NCBI GenBank assembly: GCA_964016885.1
Contig: OZ024740.1
Location: forward strand, 170,686,001 to 170,750,000
Direction: 5' to 3'
DNA length: 64,000 nt
From: Eledone cirrhosa
Taxonomy: Eukaryota
Part shown: piece after piece, positions 13,385-29,023 of the stretch
How positions within the stretch are numbered: position 1 is the first letter of the stretch
Layout of the letters: every line of letters starts with the position of its first letter
Notes under the pieces: model-generated
What the model was told of the DNA's origin: nothing
What the model saw: the letters and a program-made list of their open reading frames with translations, nothing else
Database searches by the model: none
Made by a program: the position numbers and the translations under genes

Positions 13385-14242
13385 TCTGTATATATATAAA
13401 ATTAAGTATGTGTGTGTGTGTGTCTTTGTATTACCTATTGGGGCCTACATCTTACGACCGATTTTCATGAAACTTTACAGGTTCATAGATTAGTCATCGG
13501 GGAGTGTTTTCAATATATCAGCGTATGGTTTTTTTTATTCCGGGGTCATTCTGCAGATAAAAATCGATAGAGATGGTCACCTTTTTTAGGCATTAAAAAA
13601 TAAGATTTTTGGCTCTAGCTCCCACATTTTGCCACCGATTTCGTTAAAATTTTAAAGCACATTTATCATTGCACATCCTGTAATGGCTTTATATTATGTA
13701 TTCGTTGTTTAGGGACGGCGTGGCAGCCGCTTAAATATTAAAAAATACCACTTTTAGACTCAAATTTCCACTTTTTCGGCTCTAGCTCCCACATTAATCA
13801 ACCTACTTTGTTCAAATTTTACACTACGCTAGATCTCATTATTTCACGTCTTAAAGTTGCTTTATATTTTGGATTTTTTATTCAGGAACGGCGTGGCAGC
13901 CGCTTAAATATTCGAAAATACCTCCTTTTCGCTTTAATTTCCGCCTTTTCGGCTCTAGCTCCCACATTTTTCAACCGATTTCGTTCAAATTTGAAACTTC
14001 GGCTGCACCTCACACATAAATCAATTTATTTGGTTCAACTTTTATACTACGATAGAACCTATCATTATACATCTTATAGATAGTCAAAGGCAAAACGATG
14101 GCCACCGACGTCGTCTGAGCTTTTAGTTGTGTATTTGAGAATTCATCGGTTTCCAATCAAGTAGCCGTCACTAAGACCAATACCTTTTCATCATAGCAGA
14201 TATTATTTTACCTACCCAGGCAACGCTGGGTACTGCTGCTAG
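13385..14242 (+). mobile_element. Non-autonomous Helitron
   Basis: 5' TCTGTATATATATAAA; 3' hairpin TACCCAG-GCAACG-CTGGGTA (14213-14232) followed by CTAG|T; internal subrepeats GGCTCTAGCTCCCACAT and ACGGCGTGGCAGCCGCTTAAATATT. Confidence 0.8.
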
Positions 14243-14968
14243 TATATATATATATATATTAGGTTAGAACTTCGAAGAAGGATCTCTTTTTTTTTCCTTT
14301 TCTGGAGTATTAGAAAGATATTATAGAAGGGAAGGTTTTATTGTTGTTCCAATAATAATTCTTCCTCAAATTAAACCATGGTAGGGAGATGTATATATAA
14401 GTGAAGTTAAATAGAAAAATGTTTTCGTTAATCTTGTTTATACTCCCATTATGAATTTTTTTCCATTTGCTGCCAGCACAATTGTGACGCGTGTTGTTAA
14501 AATGTTTACAGTTTCTATAATTTTTTTCAAATATCCCAAACTATACTTACACATACAGTCTCCTATCCTTTCTTAACTCTGGTGTATTCACAGACACAAG
14601 AATGTACATATAGTAATATTTATCTGGTTTCGCTCGTTTTCATTTGCATGCGTTGGAGCAACATCACCAGACCTTCTAAGGTTCAAACGGAAAGAATTCT
14701 AATAGTAGTGTTTCGAAAGAGTCTTGATGTGAAATCTTATGTTAAAACAGATATTGTTATATTATTTTAGGGTTAAACCGCCAATAAATTGTTGTCAGCA
14801 TAACCTTTCCAAAGTATAACATTTTATATACTTATATATATCGTCCGAAACGTTAAGACCCTCTTCCTGCTATATCAAGCGTTAAACTCATATATCCCTT
14901 CCATATACTGTACCAATTGTTGTTGTTATTTCTATTTACCTTTTACACATACACACACACAAAAAAAA

Positions 14969-15050
<82 letters not shown>

Positions 15051-15264
15051 AATTTTAGTACAGCATCAACGAAGCTTTTGGCTGCGGCCAAGCTAACGAA
15101 TGCAGATTCGGAATGCGGCTTAGCACTCGATGGAGAATATTACTCTAGAGTTATAACTATACGTTTAGACAGCTTTGCAAATCAAATATAGCGACCGACA
15201 GTCTGGCCGCATTGCCATAGCAACAAAAAAAAACTGAACTCAGGAAAAGAATATATATATATAG

Positions 15265-15470
15265 AAAAGTATATAAAAGTTCATCCCGGGTTCAATCGAG
15301 GGTAACCACAGTAAGTAAAGTACTCAATACATAGCAGAGTATAAATATTTAATATAGAAATCACTTCTACAGGACTAGAACTGTTTCATTCGGGAGAAAT
15401 CATAGGAAGCTTCCTGATGATTTCTCCAGAATGAAACAGTTCTAGTCCTGTAGAAGCCATTTCTATATTA
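15265..15470. mobile_element. Fold-back mini-element with back-to-back HHR cores (second copy)
   Basis: Palindrome centred on GGAAGCTTCC (about 15405-15414) with arms of about 55 bp. The left extension matches 8650-8735. Confidence 0.65.
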
Positions 15471-15495
15471 TATATATAAATATATATATATACAT

Positions 15496-15955
<460 letters not shown>

Positions 15956-16249
15956 AAGGATTTTCTGCCCTACGGTTAAGCTATTACAGTCTTTATAGCA
16001 CATGAGGAGATAAATGTATGCATTAAGTTTGGTTTAAATCTGTCTCCTCGAGGGTATGTTTGAAGTTCGATTGACATGTAGAAGTACCTATCCGGAACGG
16101 AACTATATCATGAGAACATGGAAGAAAAAGGGATAAGAGGCCCGGCCAAATTTGATCCATGTTTTCAAACAGATACACGGTGAGATTGAGGTTGTGAATG
16201 AAAGAGTTGTATATATAAATTAATATTTCTGATATCTTTGTTGGCTGTT

Positions 16250-17041
16250 ATCATTGGTCATGATCTATAAGCTAAGTACCTTGTAATGTTTTATAGACGA
16301 GGCAATGCGTTAATAAAGTATAGTCGCCAGTCCCGAGACATTGTCTATTTAAATTAGCTTCACTATCGTTTACTAAGTGTCAAAATTAAATAAATCATAC
16401 TGTTGATATGGAATGTGTGTGTTTATTTTACTGAGAGAAGGTTGTATGGGTGTTGTGTATTTGTTAAGTGGGTTTAGTTTAGTGGAATGGTTCTGGGTTA
16501 AATTAATATTTGGATTAGTTAAATGGATGTTGCTGGCTTGCTGTTCAAGCCTTTGGTTGCTTATGTAATTTGGTGGGCTATTGCGAAGGACGATATATGT
16601 TGGTGATGTTGTTATACCTATCACTATATAAACCTTATTAAATAGTGATGGTTTTGGCAATGTATGGGCAGTAGCGTTTTGTAATGAGGTGCTACTTTTA
16701 TCATGTGCTTAGTTGTGTATGTATATCTTCATTGTTGTGGGGTATAACTTTTGATGTTTTACTATGTGGTATCAGTCCTGTATATGGCCTGACTTGTATA
16801 TTAATATTTGGGAGATATTTCGGTATCAGTACATTAATCTTAATGTGTGATTTATTTTATGGAAATTTTGTAGGCAGTGTTCGATGTATATTTTCTCATT
16901 TGCTTTCGAAATAGTAAAAGCTCTGCCGTCAGGCAGACAATCCTTATATCTACTTTTCATAAGTATAAAGTAACAAGTTGGTCTTAGACAGACGTCAACA
17001 TGAATGGACCTGTTATTTTCATCTAAAGACATGTTTTCCAA
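16250..17041 (-). pseudogene. Possible degenerate Penelope-like RT C-terminal/linker fragment
   Basis: IHVDVCLRPT...KDCLPDGRAFTI weakly resembles the PLE motif TDVY.KPT...SLPYSQ.LRI. It abuts the HHR-bearing pLTR-like repeat. Confidence 0.35.
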
Positions 17042-17085
17042 TTCCGCCCCGCTCGTTCCTTGAATCTATCTTATTTTTCATTCTT

Positions 17086-17121
17086 TCTTCTGAGGAAAGA
17101 CTAGCGTCCGAAACGTTAAGA
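17086..17121 (+). ncRNA. Penelope pLTR-type minimal HHR (same family)
   Basis: UCUU-CUGAGGA-AAGAC-UAGC-GUCC-GAAA-CGUU-AAGA, in a repeat at 17045-17203. A copy at 14842-14945 is truncated within the motif. Confidence 0.6.
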
Positions 17122-17201
17122 CCCTCTTCCTGCTATTTCAAGCGTTAACCTAATATATTCCTTCCATATATTGTACCGATTGTGTTGTTATTTCTGTTTA
17201 T

Positions 17202-17272
<71 letters not shown>

Positions 17273-19054
17273 CACATTTCTCATTATTGTAAACATAAAC
17301 GCTTATACGTATATATATATATATATATATAAATATATATATATAAATATGCATGCGTAAGTGTATACATACATAAACACACATGCATAGATGCATACAT
17401 ACATACACACATATACATACATACATGCATACATGCAAACAAATAAACACTATTTCCTCAGTGTTAAGGAGGATTGTGATGATAACTTTGAAAGTTTAGT
17501 TATCAAACTACGTTTGAAATTGAACTGTTTCGTTCCTCCTCCCCTCTTAAATCAAAACCCCGACCCATCATCTATATACTGAATTCCGCCGGTTGTGTTA
17601 AACACACAATAGTATCATTTATATTTATAGCTATCCAAATACTTTCAATATAACAATATAAATAGCATAAATAACTGAACGGAGTGTATATAATAAATTG
17701 TAATTGTGTATCATTTGTTTCTGTCCTCTCTATATTCCTGTTGGAGACCACTAAGTACGTCTCTTCCTCGCCTATTTTCTGTTATTTTACCATTTCATAC
17801 ATCTCTCACTCTGTCTCAGTCTATGTCACTACCTTTCTCTCCCTTCTATTTTCCTCTCACCTTATTACATCTCATCGATCTCTACACTTTCTTTTCCATT
17901 GATGTGTTTCCTCCCACCCAGTCTCCCTTCACAGTATTACCTCCTTCCTCTTTTCAATATGCAACTATTTGCGTCTCAACTATTATTTGTGACCCATCAT
18001 TCACACTCTCTCTAACTACTGTACTTGTCACCAATGTAAAAAAAATCATATTCTAGATTAATTTATTATACTTCATCATTGCTCCAACTTCGTTACATTT
18101 TCTACATACTTCCAACCGTACGTTATTTAATTGTAGCTAATTCAAAGTATCATATATTTGTTGCTTAGTGAATGTTATTATTTTTATTATTTTGTGTTTC
18201 TTGTTTCTTTACTCAACTGAAACTTTGATGGAGAAAACTTATTAAAAGGTACCCGGGTCTCTTTGAAACATTTCATTTTCCCCACCTTAGCTTCCATCAA
18301 ACTTGCCTTTTATGAGGAGTCTAGAAATATATTACCTAGTGTATAACTTGGTTTATTTTCCTATGGTATGGTGTAATGTCAGGGAATATTTGGCTGCTAT
18401 TTCTAACTAATCGAGCGAACACGTCGAAGCTCCCTACATCGGCTCGAACGTAGAATAGTCGTATTGTTTCTTACTATTTCTCTTTAATTGTCTATCCTAT
18501 AAAATAGATACAATTTTGTTTCTATAATTTAAATATGATTCCATTAAATAATTTACCTCGTTTCAATTATTTGCTATTTTTATTTTATTGAGCTTTTATC
18601 ATTTTTACTTTTAAGTGATTCTATTTATTTATTTGCTTGTTTGGTGGGTATTTTTTCTCTGACTTTTGAAGCTTATTGATTAGAATAAATTATCGACCTC
18701 TCTTGTCGACAGACACCATTTGCAAACACGTGATCTTTACATTGCGTTCTCTTTCCAAGTTAAAATGTTTCTAAAAGCCCGGATGTAGATTGCGCCATTG
18801 TTTGCTATTTATATATTTTTTTTCTTTTTCCCATTTATTTATTTATTTAAATAAAGCATGTCTGCTGGTATATTGACATATAAAATAATGTACCTGATAT
18901 GGAAAACATGAAGAAAACCCAAGTGCATATATGTAGCAGGTCATATATGTAGAAAAGACACAAAACTGCGTACAACGAGTATACTTTGTAATGATTATTG
19001 CAAAATGAAATTGGGTTTGTGTTGTTCAAAACGAATTCACTGCAATTCAAATTA

Positions 19055-19275
19055 TGGTGGTGATAATGTTGGTGATGATCATCATCATCATCTGTATGAT
19101 GATGTTCATGACGAAGAAGATAAATGGGAAGGGGTGAACGACGATGACGACGACAACAACGATGATGTTAATGATGATGATGATGCTGCTGCTGATGATG
19201 ATGATGATGATGTTGATGATGATGTTGATGATGATGACGACGACGATCATGATGATGATGGAGATGATGATGGAG
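19055..19275. repeat. (GAT)n-type microsatellite
   Basis: Imperfect GAT/GAC repeats. Confidence 0.9.
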
Positions 19276-19339
19276 TGGGGAAGAAGTTTACATCTGATTA
19301 CATTGAACAACTGCTCAACTGTCAGTTTATTTCATAGAG

Positions 19340-19496
19340 CCCCCGAGTAGAGCCCTTTTACGTCCTGAGTTCAAATCCCGCCGAGGTTAACTTTGCCTTT
19401 TATCCTTACGGGGGTCGATAAAATAAAGCACCAGTTACACACTTTCTCCCGCCCCCCAAATTGTTGGTCTTGTGCCTATAGTAGAAATCATTATTG
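19340..19496 (+). mobile_element. tRNA-derived SINE, family 1
   Basis: B box GAGTTCAAATCC, central GCCTTTTATCCTTACGGGGGTCGATAAAAT and tail AGAAATCATTATT. Confidence 0.85.
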
Positions 19497-19985
19497 CTGT
19501 TGTTGCTGTTGTTGCTGTTGTTGTTGTTGTTGTCATGTCGGTGGATTGCTAGAGCGTCGGACAACTTGCTTTGTGGTATATAATTACGGCCATATACGTT
19601 CAGAGTTCAAATTTCACCGAAGTCAACGTTGCCTCCCCTCCTTACGAGACCTTCAAATTACCCACCTTGTCACATACATTAACAAATATTATAAAAATAA
19701 TAAATTAACACATAATAAATAAATCCTTATTTTACAATTAATTCCGGTAAATGTCGTGCAATTGGTAAGTTGTGGAAACATATAATTCACCATATTTTTT
19801 TTTTAGATACTCAACGTTCTGAGGTCAAATCCTGTAGAGAGGGTCTTTAATTTCTATTCTTCAGAGTTTCAGAAAATAAAACACCAGGGAGGTCCTAATG
19901 TCGGTATTTAATTGATTGCAACCACTTTCTCAGAATATGTAGTCTTTTTGTCTATATTAAACATCAATTTTATATTAATGTGAAC

Positions 19986-20195
19986 GCGTGTGGCTGAGTG
20001 GTAAGAGAATTAGATTCACAATCGTGAGGTTGTGAGTTCGATTCTCGGACCCGGTGAGGCGTTATGTCCTTGAGTAAGGCATTTTATTTCACGTTGCACC
20101 TACCTGGAGTTGCGACCGATAGATAGTATTAGCGATTGGAAAGACCAACGGAAACATTGTTTCCTCGGTCCGATTTGACGAAAGGTGATCGTTTC
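19986..20195 (+). mobile_element. tRNA-derived SINE, family 2 (CORE-like)
   Basis: A box TGGCTGAGTGG, B box GAGTTCGATTC, then TGTCCTTGAGTAAGGCATTTTA. Reverse copy at 7790-7966. Confidence 0.8.
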
Positions 20196-20512
20196 TCTTT
20201 ATATTAATAAGTAGAAGAGAGGTGGTTAATGATAATTTCATATATAATATTAAATTAATGATAATTATTAGTTAATTAAACAATAATGGTAATTAATGTT
20301 ATTTTGTTCTTCCTTTTGATTAGTTCTGGGCTAAAACCTCCAGGTACTAATTATAGTTCCTATCGAATGTGTGATAGATTTTTTTTAACAACCGCACCCA
20401 GATAAACGGTAGGAATGAGCACTGCCAAATATATTGTTCAGAATTGACCCGTGTGACAAATATAAATGATTATTGGTATCTAGGAATTATAAACAATGTA
20501 TATATATATACA

Positions 20513-20566
<54 letters not shown>

Positions 20567-20627
20567 GCATGTATGCATGTATGTATGAATGTATATATAA
20601 ATATATATATAATACATGCATATATAC

Positions 20628-20717
<90 letters not shown>

Positions 20718-20820
20718 GTTGTAATCTGAGTTTTTCGAATATTAATAACAAGAATAAAGTGTTCATTCTACTGACATGGCTATAAAATTGAGGCTTGTTT
20801 GCATAATTGCAAACGAATAG

Positions 20821-21008
20821 AGGCTTGGCAATATCGCTAGAGGGTCGGACGCCATGCTTTGCAGCATAGAGTTACGGCACTTGCCATTCTGAGTTCAAAT
20901 CCCGCTGAGATTAACTTTGCCTTTCATCCTTACGGGGTCGCTAAAATAAAGTATCAGTAATACACTGGGGTAATTGTTGGCCTTGTGCCAAAAGTAGAAA
21001 CAATTATT
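20821..21008 (+). mobile_element. tRNA-derived SINE, family 1
   Basis: A and B boxes plus the family consensus body and tail. Confidence 0.88.
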
Positions 21009-21233
21009 AATATTCGAAAAACTCAGATTACATTTATTGTATTCAGCCATGTAGAGCGAAACTTTCTTTTTTATTATAATATTGTTGATAGTAATAAATG
21101 GAAAATATCACTGTAGTATCATATTAATTTTATTATACGTATTATACCAAATTAAGGTATGCTTTCATCAGATAAAAGACCCAAAACTACCAATAAATTA
21201 TTGTCAGCATAACCTCCCCAAAGTTTTATATAA

Positions 21234-22076
<843 letters not shown>

Positions 22077-22293
22077 TATATAACCTTACGTCAAAACAGG
22101 AATATTTTCCATTCCTTCTTGTTTGTTCTTGTATGTTCCTGTATGCAATCTTCAAGCAAGAAGTCACCGTTTTTGTAACGTATTTGTACCATGTCATTTA
22201 TTTTCATTGAGCCCGTAAGCCCGTAGATGTCATGAAATTATTTGAGACTTCCCATTTCGGAGAAAATGCTAAATTTTACTGTAAAGAAGTTCA

Positions 22294-25200
22294 TTATTCA
22301 TTTATTTGAGGGCACCCTTGACGGAGAGTGTTGAAATGGTTCCGAGAGGTGGCCATTAACCTTGACCACCGAGCGTGTGCCGCTGTGCACTGCAGCGATC
22401 CAGCTTCTGAAGACAGGGCCGAAGCCAGCTGCTTTGAGGACAAACTCCAGATACCGATGGTCGACCCTATCGAATGCTTTCGATTGATCAGTGCCCCACC
22501 GAAATTGATCAGTGCCCCACCGAAGCCAGGTTTACACCCGACCCTCTCTATGATGTATCGCATGAGGTGGATATTGTTGTGTATGAACCTGGCCGGGATT
22601 GTACAAGTTTGCACCTCGCCAACCAAATCCTCGACGACAAGCGCCCTTCTCTTTGCTAACACCTTGGCCAAAATCTTAAACTCTGTGTTGAGCAGAGTTA
22701 TGGGCCTGAAGTTGTCTAATGTATCCCTCTTGTTCTCGTCTTTACTTATCAGCGTCACCACTCCCCTGCTCACAGAACTGGGAATACTCCCATTCTGCTG
22801 CCAGTTGCCGTAGAGTGCTTCGAGCAGATCGCAGAACAAGTCTGGCATATTTACGTAAACTCGTAGGGCAGGCCATCCAAACCTGGTGACTTGCGCCTCA
22901 TGCAGCCGACAAGGGCGTCCTGAATTTCGGCTGAAGTAATCGGCCTTTCGCAGCGCTCAGCGTCGACGGTCGAGATGCGCGGCAAGCCGTGAAGGTAGGG
23001 ACTGAAATCCGCTACTCTCTCTGACTCGCCACTCTCCCCGAACAACCGAGAAAAGTGCTGGCGAAAGGCCTCACACATCCGCTTGGAATCGCTTATCTCG
23101 TGTCCGTCTCGGTCCGCCAAAGACCGAATTGTGGTTTTATTATCATGCTGCGCCTCTGTTATGCGGGCCCATCGAACAGCTTTGGTTCCCTCGTTTCTCA
23201 ACACACGGGCCTTAGCTCTGACAATGCAGCCTTCGTGTTTCGCATTGAAGAAATGGTCTGCCATTCTCACCGCTAGCATGTCAGTTGCAATGCCACTACA
23301 AATAGCCTCGTCTAACTTATCTACCAGCTCCCCTCCTTTCTATTTTTCTCTAACGCTAGTTTTTTGCTGAACTCTATCGAAGTTACACTAATCTCTCTTT
23401 TGAGAGCCCCCACCCCACTCCCACACCACCATCTGCTGTTGATGATCCCCCCTGTCAACTTTTGCTTAACTAAATTATTGACTCGGTCCCTGTAAGCCTT
23501 ACGTGCCGGAAATGACATGTTCAGCTTCCAGTAACCCGGTCCCAACCTACGCGTTTTATCTAGGTCGACTAAACAGATCACAAATTTGTGATCTGAATAG
23601 GCGACCGTTTTAAAAATTAGGCAGCCTACACTATTTCTATCTATTTTCCTAATAAAGATCCTGTCTATATACGATCTAGATGACCCTATGCGGTTGGTCC
23701 ACGCCCACACTGGCGCATTAGGGAAATCCTGTCGATACCTGTCAGACAGTTGGAACTGGCGGATTAGGTGTTTGAGGCTTTTGCACCCCCCGCTCCTATC
23801 AGCTACTCCCACACAATCCCAGTGTGCGTCTAAGATGCCGTTCCTGTCCACGGCTAATAGTAGAGGGCGAGACGTGCCCAGAGAGGTTTCCAGGCGCCTA
23901 AAGAAGTCCGGTCGTACGGCCCCAGTAGGGGCATAAACGGCCAGCAGTCTAAAGGCACCACCTTCGCTACTGCTCACATCCAGGACCACCAACTTACCGT
24001 CCGGGTCCCGGAAGATCGACCTTACCTCGAGATCCAGACCTTTCCTAAACAGCATTGCCACCCCACATCCCATTCCCGGCCTGCTAACATATGGGAAGAT
24101 CTGATAGTCGTCGAAAATGGGGGCTAGTGCTCGCGTGTCGAAAATCCTGGTCTCGCTGGCGGCAATCACATCCATTTCCAGAGACCTGAGGTCGTTGAGC
24201 AGGCGACCCTGCTTCCAGGGTGACCCCAGGCCGCGAACATTCAAACTTCCTACTCTTAATATAGCCATGCTGGCAAGCTAAAAGAGAGAGGGAGGGTTTA
24301 CTTACCTCCCGAGGTCTTGTGAAGGTCGGGTGGTTCGAACTCCATGGTTGGTGGGGTTTCTTTTGGGAACCCCTTTAAAAGTCTTGATGTGGGTTTCACA
24401 TTCGGGGTTCCCACGTCTTGAAGAAAGCTCTCTCGAATTTCTTTGTAGGAATTGAGCGACATTCGCACCAGAAGCAAATCTTCTGGCACACAAAATGTGT
24501 TCAGTTCAAAGATCTCCCCCTCTTTTTGGATGTCCTCGCTTCGTGCTAAGAGGGCCATCAATTTATCGTTGGCCTTTCTGAGAAGCACGAAGTTTTTAAT
24601 GTTTTGTTGGTGTGGTTTTATTTGTTTTCGTTTTGGTGACTGTGGTGGTGATGGTTTTGGTGGTGTTGTTTCGGGTATGTCTGTGTTTGTTGTAGGTGTG
24701 GTATCTGTTGTAGGTGTGGTATCTGTTGTAGGTGTGGTATCTGTTGTAGGTGTGGTATCTGTTGTAGGTGGTTTGCGTTTCGGGGGTGGTGTTGTTGATG
24801 TTGGTGTTGATGTTATTGGGGAAGTGTTTGCGTTAGTGGTGTCTGTATTTTTTGTCGTGTATGTTTTTGTGTTTTGTTGGGGCTTTTTTTTTGGTGAGTT
24901 TTCTCTTTTGTGTTTTGGCACTTTTGGGTTTTCCTTCATCTTCACTGCTGGAAGACAAAGGGTCTGTAGCTGTGAGTGTATCTGTGTCTGTGTGTGCATT
25001 TATTGTTTTGTCTATGTGTATAATTGGAGGGGTAGAGGAGTGGGAGAGCTTTCTTCGTTTTCCCCTTGGGTCAGTTTCGGTGCTGGGGGTGGTCCGACTG
25101 TTTTTGATGTTGGTGGGGTTACCCGTGTCATTGTTGGTGTTGTTTTTGGTGGTGGTGGTGGTGGTGGTGGTGGTGGTGCAGCTTTCCGTGCTGACACTGG

Positions 25201-26512
25201 TGTTGGCAACAAAGGAGGTTTGCGACCCCCTGCGTTTTTGAGCTGAGGGCAGAAGGCTTGCAGATGCGTTGCTTCTCCGCAGACGAAGCAGTGCGGCCTT
25301 CTACCCTCAGCCATTAACTGCATTGTTGTCCCGCCCTGCAGTCGGGCAAAATCCGGTATGTTGTTGATGTCCTCTGGTTTCATTTGGAGAGAAATCTCCA
25401 TATCCATTCCGGACCAGTCTTCTCTCTCTGTCCTTTTGATATTCAGGAGGGTAGTGTCTGTCCCCTCCTCGATTACGCATCCCAGAAACCACCATACGTT
25501 CATTCCTGGTGGGATCTTGGGAATGCAGACCTTTACTGCCCTTTTGCCCATGTAGGACGGGTGCATAATAATGCGTTCCGTTCTGCAGGGGGTCACCGAG
25601 TGCTTAATAGCAAGGGCCTCGGTTTTGAACAGTACCGAGATGGTACCAAACTGCTTTATACTCTATGTCACTTCCGATCCACTGCAAAGCAGCCTCGACC
25701 ACTGCTTGGCTGGCAAGTTCCACTTTGCGTGTCTGCACTAAAATGCATCGAAAGTACACCGTCCTCCTTTGCATGGCCCCTATTGCTCCGTCCGGGATGG
25801 ACAGGTTTGGCCAGGACTTCTCCCGTTTAATTAACCTCCACGCCTGAGCCAACTGTTCGTCTTTATCGCTAATATCATCATTCAATAAGCGCTTTGTTTT
25901 CGCTGCTGCCGCTGCAAAGGGGGTGCCTCAGTTGCTCTTGTTGTTGGTGTTGTCGTTCTTGCTGTTGTTGTTGTTGTTATTGTTTTGTTTGTTGTTTCTG
26001 TTGCCACCGCCATTCGTGTTTACATTCAGGCTGTCGGTGTTATTGTCGTTGTTGTTCTGAGTTGTTGTTGTGGTGGTGGTGGTGGCGGTGATGTCGTTTT
26101 GAGATGATACTGCTACTATCACAGTATGGAGCGGTTGTGATGGTAACCTTTGTGTTTTGCCTTCACATTCAGTGGAATGGTCGACAGGCATATCTGTAGT
26201 AGTAGTTGTTGTGGTGAGATCTACAGTGGCTGCTTTTGAACTTTTGACCTGAAGGTTGCTTACCGTTTCAAGGTCGAAAATTTCCATAATTTGTTTTGGT
26301 GGGGAAGCGATTTTTTCGAAGTTTTTTAAAATAAATCTGAATATTCGGGCTTAAATCCCGAATATTGAGAGGTCTCCCTACCTTGGAACCAAGGTGGGTA
26401 CCTTATGCTTCGTTAACGACAAGAAAATACAAAAAAATGATACTTTAAAACAGCTTAAAGTTACGAAGCTTTTCCCCCGCTTACTTGTACGTCTTCATAC
26501 ATGTACGTCAAA
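22294..26512 (-). mobile_element. Tx1/L1-group LINE #1 (3'-deleted, frameshifted)
   Basis: ORF1 pieces at 26287-24298 with CCHC knuckle CFVCGEATHLQAFC. ORF2 from 24268 has APE (GSLNVRGL, SDHK, GPGYWKLN), KSPGLDGLPYE and RT up to RQGCP, where it stops. Confidence 0.92.
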
Positions 26513-26519
26513 ATAATAA

Positions 26520-26977
26520 TAATCTTGACCGGGGGAATGTGATAAGAGAACTTGATCAAGAGGAAACTTACAAATATCTAGGTGTTTGTGAAGGACACGG
26601 AATCAAGCACTCGACAACGTGGGAAAGGATAAGGAAGGAATGTTACCGCAGAGTAAGAGCAATCTTAAGAACGGAATTGAATGCAAGGAATAGGATCGAT
26701 GCCATAAACAGGCTTGCCATACCAGTAGTAACTTACAGTTACAATGTCATCAACTGGTCAAGCACAGAGATCCGTAGGCTCGATACAAAAATTAGAAAAT
26801 TCTTAACCATGCACAGAATGCATCACCCTAAGGCAGATACAGACAGAATATATCTCCCTAGGAAAGACGGAGGACGTGGATTAATGCAGTTAGACATTGC
26901 GTTGATATTGTAGTGGCTTGATATTCATTTCAACAAACCTTCCAGTTAAATAACATCAATGACTGAGACTCAAAGAA
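26520..26977 (+). mobile_element. Dong/R4 family A internal fragment fused to a family B 3' terminus
   Basis: 26521-26905 matches 36902-37285. 26910-26977 matches the family B 3' ends at 36102-36170 and 39942-40012. Confidence 0.85.
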
Positions 26978-26989
26978 CAATAATAATAA

Positions 26990-28310
26990 TATTTTAGTGG
27001 GAGCAATGGAATTTGGAATTGATAAATGTGTCATTGTTAAAATAGTCAGAGGAAATAAGCTCAGCTCATAAGATATTGAATAACTCAGCAATGACGTTAT
27101 TCGGTTTTTGGAAGACGGAGATGTTTTCAAATACATCACAGTGACACGATACTTAGCAAGTAATTTAAGACAAAAATTAGAAAAATATTTCAAAAGACTC
27201 AAAGTCATTCTTGGATCGCAGTTTAATACTGGGAAAATGATAATAGCAATGAACTCCATACCTGGGTATCTAATAAGATATGGTGCTGGAATCATTGATT
27301 GGACTGTTGGTGAACTAAAGAACATAGATAGAAAAATAAGATAGATATTAAATATGTATAGAAACTTGCACTCCCTGGACGACTCTACGTGAAAAGAGCA
27401 GAAGGCGGAAAAGAACTGATCAACAGTAAGGAAATAATGTCAGTTGAGAAAGAAAGCGTATGCGAGTACCGAGAAAGAAATCTAAAGAAAAGTTGTTAAG
27501 ATAGGTGGTAAAGGGAGGGATCTGCTATGGGAAGGATGATTCAAAGAAAAAAAAATTCGAAATAGTCACAGAATGGATTATCAGATTTGAAGCAAAATCG
27601 TTGCAATAAGCCTATGAAAAGAACACAAGAGATGTCAGAAATGATAAAGTCATATGAACATGATTACGAAGAGGATATCCAAAGAAGGAAACTGAGGATT
27701 TTATTATAGCAGCTCAAAATCGAGTGATAAAAATCAATGTATTCACTTCAGAAATATGTATAATGTGAGGGGAAAATGAACTAGACAACTAACCATATTG
27801 GCCTAGAATGCTCACAACTAGCTCAGAATGGATACAAAAATTGAAGATATGATAAAGTGACAGCAGTAATACATTGACGACTGTGTAAAGAGTTTGGTTT
27901 TAATTGTAGTGGAAAATGATATGACCACTTGGTGATAAAAGAAATGAAAATGTTGGAAAATGATGAAGTCAAAGTTCTATGGGATATTACAATACAAATG
28001 GAAACAAAGATTGATCACAACAAACTAGATATAGTGTTGATATTCAAGAAAGAAAAGAGTGCTTTATTGTAGAGGTAGCCTGCTCTTTTGACACGAGAAT
28101 AAATGATAAAGAAAAATAGAAGAAAAACTACGATAATGATAATTTTGAAAGTATGGAAGGGTGAAGTAAATATGGTAATACTTACACTGACAATTATAGG
28201 AGAACTAGGATGTGTAAAACACAATCTTACAAAAAGAAATTGCCGGAAATTCAATTTGACCTTAGTATAGAGCCTGTGTAAAAAGTATGCCTACATAGAG
28301 CACTGCTAAG
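26990..28310 (+). mobile_element. Older, degenerate Dong/R4-clade LINE fragment
   Basis: MEFGIDKC, IRYGAGIIDWT..ELKNIDRK and VKVLWDITIQ motifs with many stops. Confidence 0.8.
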
Positions 28311-28314
28311 ATAA

Positions 28315-28795
28315 TGATTTCTAGTATAGGCACAAGGCCTGTAATTCGGGGGGGGGGGGGGGTAAGTCGATTAAATCGATCCCAGTATGTTACTGGTGCT
28401 TTATTTTATCGACGCCGTAAGGATAAAAGGCAAAGTTAACCTCGGCAGGATTTGAACTCAGACCGTAAAGGGACGTAACTCTATGCTGCAAAGCATGGTG
28501 TCCGACCCTCTACTAATACTGCAAATCCATCACCCTTACCACTGTTAAGGTAATACCACCTAGAAAAGAAGAAAGCAATTTTTATTACTTTAAGCTCCGG
28601 GATGGAGCCTGATAGTGAAGGAGAAAGTCGATGAAATCGACCCCAGTGTATTACTGGTGTTGTATTTACCGACCCCGTAAGGATGAAAAGCAAAGCTAAC
28701 CTCGACGGGATTTGAACGCAGAACGAAAAGGGCCGTAACTCTATGTCATGAAATATGGCGTCCGACGCTCTATTGATTCTGCCAATCCACCGCCC

Positions 28796-28797
<2 letters not shown>
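28315..28797 (-). mobile_element. Two family 1 SINEs (about 28315-28535 and 28610-28797)
   Basis: Reverse-complement consensus. The 5' end of the right copy abuts (AAT)n. Confidence 0.85.
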
Positions 28798-28843
<46 letters not shown>

Positions 28844-28985
28844 CTTTCTTTATTAACCACAAGGGTTTACATAAAGTAGACATTAAGGACAGTACATGAC
28901 AATACAGGACGGTACATATGGGCATTTCTGCGTGTAAAAAACAAAAACAGAGGATGTAACAAAAAAATAACAAAAAAAAAAAATA

Positions 28986-29023
<38 letters not shown>

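Noticed and set aside
19005-19350. Asp-rich ORF
   Set aside because: It is a (GAT)n microsatellite with no flanking coding signal.
19986-20060. tRNA genes at A/B-box sites
   Set aside because: No full cloverleaf; each runs into a SINE body.
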